Positions 54,786 through 64,000 of a stretch of DNA of 64,000 nt are shown in pieces. Source of the stretch: Proteromonas lacertae. Taxonomy: Eukaryota. How positions within the stretch are numbered: position 1 is the first letter of the stretch; the number at the start of each line of letters is the position of its first letter. A program made the position numbers and the translations under genes. Below the pieces are notes generated by a model, which saw only the letters and a program-made list of their open reading frames with translations, was not told the DNA's origin and did no database searches. The stretch lies in contig NGBS01000002.1 in the NCBI GenBank assembly GCA_002245135.1, positions 62,001-126,000 of the forward strand. The letters are read 5' to 3'.

Positions 54786-57381
54786 ATGAAGTTTTTATTT
54801 TTTTTTGTTTACATTTCATTTACAGTAGCAGATAGCTTGTTCTATTTAAAATATTTTTATGTAGATGATAATTTAAGAAGCTTAGCACAACAGGTATATA
54901 AAAGGATAATATTCTATTGTAGATTCCTGATTTATCAATCTCTGATGATAAAAAAATTGAATATATAATTAAATCTGATTGTAAGTTTAATAATAACTTC
55001 AATGAATCAATTGGACCATTACACTATATTTACGAAGTTGATAAGTATGTTGTGAAATCGTTCACATCAAAAAATACTCTTGATCAGTATATTAAAGGTC
55101 ATGACAAGTGCAAATTCAAATATTCAGTAGTTAATCCCATAATTAAAGTATATTTGAAGTATGTTATGGTAAATAGTTATACAAGATTAGTAATATTAAC
55201 ATTAATAATCTATATGATATAAATTACTATGAAATATCAAACACTTCCATTGTCAAAGAAAAATTAATAGATTTGATGAATGTTATTCAAAATAATAAAA
55301 CTGAAACACAAAATGGAAAAGATAATAGGATAATAGATTTAAAGACTGTTACTGAGACAATTATCCAATATAGATCCAATATAATCAATATAGATGAAAA
55401 TAAATCAAATTGTATTAAATTATAATTAAACATTACCATTCAATAGATGAAATATCAACATTTACAATAGATTTAAATAATAGCAATATTTATCAGTTAT
55501 TATCAATATTAGCTATACAACCATTTGTTTCATCACTAACTTTACACAACAAGAAGAGTAGAAAATTATATAGCGATATGGATTCACAATATTTATACAC
55601 TCAAAGTATGTCGACTGGTAGTGGATTTTTAACTAATATGGGTATTAATGGATATGGTGTGAATATAGGAATGATATTAACAGGAATTGATAGAAATCAT
55701 TGTTTTTTATACAACAGAATATATACCACAAATAGTGATGGTCCTTCTTCATCTACAAAGTATTTTTTTAAACCATATTCTATAGAGATGGAACTTATTT
55801 AGCTTCTATTGTTGTAGGTTCTGATTCTTACTCATCATTTAATATATCCTTTTTATATGTTGATTATTCTGATAAAAATCTATTTTCTTTAACAGAATCA
55901 CAGTATGACAAGTAGTAGTCAACTGTCAGTTTATCTTACAAATTCACTCTCAAGTATAAATACTTATCTTAGATATCTATATTCATATTCAAAGATTATC
56001 AGTATTGGAGTTCTTTCTGATTCATGTTATTATGGTAGTATTGCTGCAGCAATTGATTATTTTGTGTAATTATTATAATTGTTTATATATTGTATATAGA
56101 TCTAACAATCCAGATTGTATTGTTTTAGTACCTGTTGCTCTATCAACCGATTGCTCATCTTCTTATGGAGAATTAGCTCAAATAAAAAATGGAATTACAG
56201 TAGGGATTAAATATTCTACACATAGTTCTTATTATAGTATAACTGAATCACCCAGCCAAACAAATGCAGCATATACTTCAGATGGTAGAATAAAACCAGA
56301 TGTTTCAGCAATGGGAGTTGATGTAAATGGTGGTGATTATTATTCATGTGATGTAACGTCTTATTCAAGTTATAAAAATTTAGCATCATTGGGAATAGCT
56401 ACATCTGCAGTTACTTTGATTGTTAATTTTCTTAAAAGTAAATATTCAATAAACTATCCTTCCGCATCTTTAGTTAAAGCCATGCTGATTCATAGCTGTT
56501 ATAGCGGAGATGGATATAGCAGTAGTTCATTTCCTAATAGTTATGAAGGTTTTGGACCTATTTCTTTAGATAGAGTATTATATAGTTCTTCAAATCCACA
56601 CTTCAGATTTAAATTTCATGAAAATGAAATGTTGACAACACAAAACACTATTGACTATAAATATTTTGTGAGAATATCATTTTTTTTGTATGAGAATTTA
56701 ATCCATATTATTTCTTTAACAATTTTAATTCACTCAGCCATTTAAAGTAACTCTTGTATGGACAGATGTAATATCTTCTTCTTCTTCAACATCATCAAGT
56801 ATTAAAAATGACTTAGATTTATCAATTATAATTAATGGTAAAACATATTATCCAAATAAGTATATGATACAATTATATATTTGAATAGTGGAACAAGTGC
56901 AGATCATAAAAACAATGTGGAAGTGATTATGTTACCAGGAATATCATTATACTCTGAAAATATATACAGAACTACTATAAGAATTAAGAAGTATTCTGCT
57001 TCTACTTCACAACCATTCTCAATTGTAATAACTGGTGATTTTTATGATTCACAATCAAACTCGCAAAACTACTATTCTGTTTTAGAAGATATGATGATTT
57101 ATAATCCATCATTGAGTTATGGTAAAATAACAGAATATCCTGTACATATATTTGATAAACAATACCCTGATGATGATCAGCCAAGTTCAAATTCTGGAAG
57201 TTGCCCCAATACAGATAATAATAATAATAACAATAACAATTACCAACCAGAGGTAATTATAAAAGAAAAGACAACACCAAGTGGAGGAATGGTATTTTTT
57301 TATTTTGTATTAACATTTTCTATCTTGTTGATGCTATGTTGCGGAGTTTGTTTCTATTATGGAAAATATGATACAAACTAG
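54786..57381 (+). CDS. Membrane-anchored subtilisin (S8, KP-43-like) homologue with degenerate catalytic residues
   Basis: Signal peptide; DGRIKPDVSAMG, PSASLVKAMLIHS, PNSYEGFG, PFKVTLVWTD...NDLDL...NNVEVI; C-terminal TM (MVFFYFVLTFSILLMLCCGVCFYY). Confidence 0.8.
55844..55901 (+). other. U12-type AT-AC intron (58 nt) in the subtilisin-like gene
   Basis: Canonical 5' ATATCCTTTT, branch TTCTTTAAC, 3' CAC. Removal restores the frame (SSFN|SMTSSSQLSVY). Confidence 0.85.
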
Positions 57382-57612
57382 TTATACTATTCTAATTGTA
57401 TTATTTTATTTAAGACTGTGTATTATTCTAATTATAATAATAAATATCATTGTATCATTTTAATTTGGAATATTTACAAAGTAAATGCATTAATCATCAC
57501 AACATGAAATTATTTTCAAATATTTTTATTTTTATTTTGATCAAACAGTTTGATTCAGTTTTTTGGATTTATTTGGCGAACAAGAAGCATATCTCCAGTA
57601 ATAAAGCAATAA

Positions 57613-60600
57613 ATGATTTTAAGTTACTATTGGATAAGCATTATAGCTATCATTTTTCCAATCAAATCATGTTATGCTGTTGATCGTTCAAAGTTTAAGA
57701 AATGTGAAGATATTGGATTTTGTAAACGTCACAGAACATCAACTGATTTTGTTTGTTCTGTATGATTTGTTATTTGTTAAGTTTATAGTATTCTACAAAT
57801 CCGTCAACATTGAAGTATAGAGATACTTATTTTACATTACTACTAACATCAGATAATGTACATTGTGGAGTAATTAGAGCTAAAATTTATTTTCTTAAAA
57901 ATGGAGCAATTAGAGCAAAGTTTACAGAATTTCAAGGTAGAATTCGTTGGGAAGATAATGATGTGATTCAGTCTACAGGAATATTTACTGATATACCTAT
58001 ATCTCTGTCAAATGACTATATTCAGAAATATAAATTTGAAGAAAACGATAATATACAGTATGTTACAGTAGACAATATTACTGTCATTAAAGTTCAATTC
58101 AAACCGTTTATCATGTCATTGTATTATAAAGGTGAGTTGAAATTAATCCTCAATAAAGAGTATATCTATTTCTGTTCTATACTTTCATAGTAATAAATTA
58201 TATTGGGAACATTACGAACAAAGCGAAAGAACAAAATCAACAGCAACAACTACTGCTACAGAATCAAGGAAAAATAAACATCATAATAAGAAAATATCGA
58301 AATATAATGAAGCAGGAAAAGCAATTTATGAAGATGGAAGTGTTGAAGAAGAAGAGAGTAATAATAATAATAATGATGATGAAGAAAAAGGTAAGAATAA
58401 TGGTTTATATGAAGAATCGTTTGGAGGTTATACTGATAGTAAACCGAATGGTCCTGAATCGATAGGTATTGATATATCTTATCAATCTGCTATTCATTTA
58501 TATGGAATTCCAGAACATGCTACCAACTTTATATTGAAGAATACAAAAGCAAATTCTAGTGGTTATAATGAACCTTATAGATTATATAATTTAGATGTAT
58601 TGAATTATGAAATAGATGAACCAATGTCATTGTATATATGATATTATTATTTATTTTTGTTTTTTTATAGATATGGTTCAATTCCATTTTTAGTAGGTTC
58701 TGGTGTTCGAGGCAGTAGTGGTGTATTTTATAACAATCCAACAGAGACATTGATAGACATTGATGATAATAATAGTTATTGGATGAGTGAGGCCGGTGTT
58801 TTAGATTTGTTTTTATTTGTTGGTAAAGAATATAAGAAAATACTTAAACAATATCATTCAATTGTTGGATTTACACCAATTCCACCATTGTTTTCCTTAG
58901 GATATCATCAGGTATAATAACTATTAATAATTAATAATAATAGAGTCATTGGAATTATAAAAGTCAAAAAGATGTATTAGAAGTTCATAAGAATTTTGAA
59001 TATTATGATATCCCGTATATATTTATATATTTAATTTATTGTTTATTGCAATAGATATGATGTAATGTGGTTAGATATAGAACATACAAATAATAAACAG
59101 TATTTCACTTATGATAAAGATACATTTCCAAATCCAAGACAATTAATAGATGAATTATGGAGTAAAGGTCGAAGAATGGTGAATGTAGTTGATCCACATT
59201 TATCCACAAAAAGTGAATATAAAGTGAATAGGATAGCTAAAGAAAGAGATTTATTTATTAAAGATTCAGTATATATTATGTTATATATATAATTATATAT
59301 AGAAAGGTAATATATTTAATGGACAATGTTGGCCTGGTGAATCAAATTATATGGATTATCGTAATCCAAAAGTAAGAGAATATTGGAATGAATTATTTGA
59401 TTTATCCAATTATGATATAACTAATCATACATTTGTCTGGAATGATATGAATGAACCTTCTGTGTTTGATGGTCCAGAAGTGACAATGCCAAAAGATTGT
59501 ATTGGATATGATAAAGTAGAACATCGATATTGGCATAATCTGTATATATATTATTATTGTGTATTTTAATAGAAATGGATATTATGTAACAAAATCAACC
59601 TATGAAGCATTAATGAATAGAGATGTAAATAAGAATATTAGACCGTTTGTACTAGGAAGATCCTTCTATAGTGGCAGTAATAAATATTGTGCAGTGTGGA
59701 GTGGTGATATTCCTTGTGAATTTAAACACTTAGAAAACACAGTATCTATGTTATTATCAATGTCAATAAGTGGTCATAGTTTCTATGGCAGTGATATACC
59801 TGGATTTATGGGTGATGCTAATGAAGAATTATATATAAGAGGATATGAGTTAGGAATTTGGTTGCCATTTTTTCGAGCACATGCTCATATTGATAGTAAA
59901 AGAAGAGAACCATGGATTTATTCAAATGATACCTTAATAATAGTGAAAAGGCTAATAACAATGAGATATAGTTTTTTACCTTATTGGTATACTTTATTTG
60001 CCAATAGTTATCGAAGTGGTGAAGCAGTAATTCGACCAATTTGGATGGAATTTCCTCATGATATAAATAATTATGATATTGAAGATGAATATTTAGTAGG
60101 TAAATATCTATTAGTTCATCCAAATATAAAAGAAAAATCCCAAAGATCAGTTGTAACATTTCCAAATAATGAGAATTGGTATGATATATATACATATAAA
60201 AGATACAACAGTACTCAGATTGTTCCTGCTCCATTAGGTAAAACAACAGTATTTCAAAGAGCTGGTTCAATAATATTTCGAAAAATGAGAGTAAGAAGAT
60301 CAACTGAATCGATGAGAAATGATCCTTATACAATGATAATAATAGTAAATGAATATGAACAAGCAGATGGTGAGTTATATATAGATGATGGTGTAAGTTT
60401 TAACTATAAAAATAGAAATGAATATTTATTTCGATCTTTTTCATTTAGAAAAGGTGTTATTCTGAATAGAGCGAAAGAAAAGACGAATGGATATGAGAGT
60501 GATGTAATGATCGAAAGAATAATAATAGCTGGCTATAAACATGTAAATGAAGTAGTTTTATATCAAGATGATGTAATGGGTAAGTTGCTATATGGATATA

Positions 60601-60677
60601 ATGATGATGTAGGAGTGATGGTAATAAGAAATCCAAAATGTTATATTAATAAGAAATGGAAGATTATAATGAAATAA
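57613..60677 (+). CDS. GANAB: Glucosidase II alpha subunit (GH31)
   Basis: Signal peptide then AVDRSKFKKCEDIGFCKRHR; LYGIPEHA, EPYRLYNLDV, WLDIEHT, catalytic WNDMNEPSVFDGPE, FFRAHAHIDSKRREPW. Confidence 0.93.
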
Positions 60678-60809
60678 TGTCTCTTTCTTAATATTTCTTA
60701 AATTTTCTAGTTATTTTCATTATCTGAGCAAAATAAATTTTATAAAAATAAGAATATTCTAATCTACATATAAATCAAGATAGAAAAACGAAAAATTAAA
60801 TGTTGGGGG

Positions 60810-61144
60810 AAATAATCATTTGGATTAAGAGTATTAAATGAAGAAGATTCAATACTAAATATTGACATTAATTCTCCACTTAATTCATCCAACATTTCTT
60901 CAGAAGGTAAACTGCTTAATAATATTTTACATGTTTCATATAACCAATTTAATAACTATATATATATAAATATATAATATTATATACTCTTTCAGATTTC
61001 TAAACATCTTTCATTCTTTTACACATCAACTCTACTAATTTTTCTATATCATTTGATATGAATCTTCTATTAAATATTGACTCTTTTATTATATCTTTCC
61101 ATTAACCATTGTTAGTATTAGTTTCTCGAATTATTAAAGGAATT
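60810..61144 (-). pseudogene. Inverted 335-nt copy of TCF25 39825-40159 with nonsense changes
   Basis: Reverse complement aligns without gaps, with 8 substitutions counted by eye including GAA>TAA and TGG>TAG. The intron is retained. Confidence 0.92.
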
Positions 61145-61205
61145 TTAGTTTTAATGCAACAAAAAACATCATAAGAGTAAAAAACAAAAAATACTTAAAA
61201 TTTTA

Positions 61206-64000
61206 CTAATGATTCACTGGCATTGAGGTTGTAGGTCGATCTTTTAGATTATATGAAGTAGTATCTAGTTTAGCACCACAAGATAATACTCTTTTTTCAT
61301 CAATAAGAACAACACTTTGCTCATTTTCATTAGGAGGATATACATTACACTTTTCTTTAGATAATACTTTTTCATCATTTGTAAATAGAATAGTTTGACC
61401 ATTCTCTCCAGTAATTATTCTATCTTTTAACCATCCTTTATATATCAAACTATTATCAAGCCAAATTTCTATATCTTTAGCTCCACGATTATTGTTCTTT
61501 TTATAATTCCATATTTTAATATATGATATTACAATTGGTTTATCAAAACAAATGAATATTTTATTATTTCTGCCAATATAATTATCTAAAGTAGAAGCTA
61601 GTGGACATAGCCATGAACTTGAATCATCATTTATATTTCCATTGATTAGATTTTGAACAATTCTATTATCTCTATCACTGTTATTATTCAATATATTAAT
61701 ATCCTCAGGATCTGAATAGATCTGTTTAGGTTGAATTTGTATTTTGTTATTATAAACATCATATACTTCAATTTCATTCAAACCAATATAATATGGATCT
61801 CCTAATGAATTATTTAAACAAATTCTCAACAAACTACCAAATGGATAAACTAAAGATTCATAATCTTGAAGAGCCTTTACTCTTCCATATAATTCTATTG
61901 ATTTTGGAATTGCATCATATTTCATTCCAAAGTAAACAATTTGACTATAATCAAATGAATCTAAACCAAATGATTCTCTAATATAATAACCAGAAGGAGG
62001 TGAAATTCTATTGTTATTTATATAAACATGAATTCTTCTAACTCCTCTTATTACATCTTCATCATTCTTATTATAATTCCATATCTTTAAACCAGTTAAT
62101 TTTTCATTTTTATCTAACTCTACATCTATTTTTATTGTTTTATTCCTATGATAATTAGTTAACCACATGTTTCTTTCATCACATGTTAAGTTATTTCCAT
62201 TTAGAATATTATCTATTGTACTTTTATGATTGTTCATATAGTTATTTAATTCATTGGTTTCATCATATTTTAATTGATTTTTATTCACTGTAATTGAATT
62301 CATACTTGTACCAACTAAGAAACTAATCCCAGTTAGACCAATATACTCATAATCCCCCCAATTCTCTAATAATTCTATTGTCACTTTATTACCACTATAA
62401 TCATGTAATGCTTTCAATGATTGGTTCATTATAACTGGCTTTGGTGGTTGTATATTATTATTATTATCTTTTGATTTTATATCAATATCATCTTCTTCAG
62501 GTATTTCAAACAAATCAGAGGCTTGAGTTAATAGAGGTGATGGTGTGGTATGTTTTTGGTTTAATAGTGTATTAGATACTGAAGTCATTGGTCTACCATC
62601 TTTAGTATATACTCCATTAGATGATAAATTTATATTCTTAGGTAAAATATTATTATTACTTCTTCCTATTTCTCTTTTACGTGATAAATTATGTCCTTCT
62701 GTAGTGAGTGGTCTGTTTTCTTCAAACTGTTGTAATGCTTCTTTTCTAAATGAATATGTAATATCTTCACTCTCTAATAAAGCTGTATCATTCACTTCTA
62801 ATTTTGTTAATATATTCTCATCAACTGTAAATAGTATAATTTCACTACATTCTTCTATATTACTCATAATACCAGGAGCTTTTCTAATTTCACCTTCAAA
62901 TATCAACTTTTCTTCATCATTAATATATATTTTACAATGTTTAACACCTCTATAGCTATATGTTCTACTCTTATTATAATTCCATATCCTTATCATTGAT
63001 ATTTTAGTTGGTTCATCAAGTGTAATAATGATATAATTCTCTTTACCAGGATTGTATGGAGCTAGCCAAATATGCAAATCATCTGAAGTGAAATTTACTT
63101 TATCTAATAAGTTAGTTACAACACGTGGATCTCGACCATAATCACATAATACATTGATATCACTTGGAACAGCTTTAATATTATGTTTAGGATTATCAAA
63201 TTCAATTAATTCACCTTTATCATTGTAGATTTGTATTCCATTTAATCCAATATAATTCATATCACCCCATGTTTCATTAAATATGAGTTTAATATTCTTA
63301 GCTAATGGTAATATTGGTATTTTTAAGAAATTAGATGAATCATTATTAGATGTAGGATATGCATTTGTATTATTAATTGGTTTGGAAGATTGTTGTTGTT
63401 GATACATTTGTTGTTGATTTTGTGGATTGGCAAAATAAGAAAGAATATCTCTATCAAGAGAATTAGACATATGAAATAATAGAGTATTATCTTTATTAGT
63501 TATTGATAGAGATGTAGAGGAGGAAGATTCTGTTGCTTTTGATGGTGTTTCTATGAGTGAATCATTCTGAGGCATTAGTCTACTTCTATTAGTCATATTG
63601 AAGTTATGCAAAGATTGAAATGTCTTATTCAAATCTTCATCAGTTTGTTTGACTTTTCTTTCTTCTAAAATCTTTGAATAGTCAGGTAATGGAGTTAATC
63701 TTTCTTCAGTAATACTATCTAAATTATTACTATTATTATTATTATTATTAATCTTTGCAGGATTACTATTAACGACAGTGATATTGGTAGTTGGAGGTGA
63801 TAAGATTGGATTTTTTAATTGGAATGGATTACTTGGTAATGATGAATTAGCAGTATTTGTAGCAGTGGTGTTATTCACATTATGAGATGATGGTAATGAT
63901 GATATAGGCTTTGGTGATATTTTACTATTCTTATTATTAATATCCAGTATTGGATCTGGAGTTTGATTGGTTTGAGGTGTTCTTAGTCTAATTGATGCTC
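61206..64000 (-). CDS. KATNIP: KATNIP/KIAA0556-like ciliary protein (DUF4457 repeats), 5'-partial
   Basis: Three repeats of WGD..YIGL.GI/EI...D.R...NL......D...WL.P...I.IWNY.K...RG; the frame is open to the right edge. Confidence 0.88.
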   Translation of the reverse strand, partial: ASIRLRTPQTNQTPDPILDINNKNSKISPKPISSLPSSHNVNNTTATNTANSSLPSNPFQLKNPILSPPTTNITVVNSNPAKINNNNNNSNNLDSITEERLTPLPDYSKILEERKVKQTDEDLNKTFQSLHNFNMTNRSRLMPQNDSLIETPSKATESSSSTSLSITNKDNTLLFHMSNSLDRDILSYFANPQNQQQMYQQQQSSKPINNTNAYPTSNNDSSNFLKIPILPLAKNIKLIFNETWGDMNYIGLNGIQIYNDKGELIEFDNPKHNIKAVPSDINVLCDYGRDPRVVTNLLDKVNFTSDDLHIWLAPYNPGKENYIIITLDEPTKISMIRIWNYNKSRTYSYRGVKHCKIYINDEEKLIFEGEIRKAPGIMSNIEECSEIILFTVDENILTKLEVNDTALLESEDITYSFRKEALQQFEENRPLTTEGHNLSRKREIGRSNNNILPKNINLSSNGVYTKDGRPMTSVSNTLLNQKHTTPSPLLTQASDLFEIPEEDDIDIKSKDNNNNIQPPKPVIMNQSLKALHDYSGNKVTIELLENWGDYEYIGLTGISFLVGTSMNSITVNKNQLKYDETNELNNYMNNHKSTIDNILNGNNLTCDERNMWLTNYHRNKTIKIDVELDKNEKLTGLKIWNYNKNDEDVIRGVRRIHVYINNNRISPPSGYYIRESFGLDSFDYSQIVYFGMKYDAIPKSIELYGRVKALQDYESLVYPFGSLLRICLNNSLGDPYYIGLNEIEVYDVYNNKIQIQPKQIYSDPEDINILNNNSDRDNRIVQNLINGNINDDSSSWLCPLASTLDNYIGRNNKIFICFDKPIVISYIKIWNYKKNNNRGAKDIEIWLDNSLIYKGWLKDRIITGENGQTILFTNDEKVLSKEKCNVYPPNENEQSVVLIDEKRVLSCGAKLDTTSYNLKDRPTTSMPVNH

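Overview
Very AT-rich, gene-dense eukaryotic nuclear DNA with tiny (~24-40 nt) GT-AG introns. The intron style resembles Blastocystis/Opalinata. Ciliary genes (KATNIP, a dynein-type thioredoxin) point to a flagellated relative such as Proteromonas; this is inference, not confirmed. The first ~21 kb is the 3' part of a giant intronless Ser/Gly/Ile/Asn beta-repeat protein (about 6,980 aa in the window, open at the left edge) built from nested near-identical repeats. About 20 compact genes follow: NCoR/SANT-like, SPIN90/Ldb17-like, RBBP5, a DUF6512-like bacterial-type membrane protein, thioredoxin, IQ/WW/B-box protein, GST, tRNA-Lys(UUU), bL25, TCF25, NSE2, Qri7/OSGEPL1, two tandem Deltex E3 ligases, AP-4 beta, an SLC35A transporter, a surface protein, a subtilisin pseudoprotease, glucosidase II alpha and KATNIP. 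Main observations: (1) two well-supported AT-AC minor-spliceosome (U12-type) introns and a third candidate, two of the three in the pseudoprotease; (2) the giant spike-like repeat protein; (3) mosaic Deltex paralogues that diverge at the DTC ligand loop; (4) an inverted, intron-retaining TCF25 fragment; (5) a recurrent TCAAGCCA(AA) upstream motif; (6) eight +1 frame breaks, most likely assembly errors. All gene models and family calls were made by eye, without database searches.
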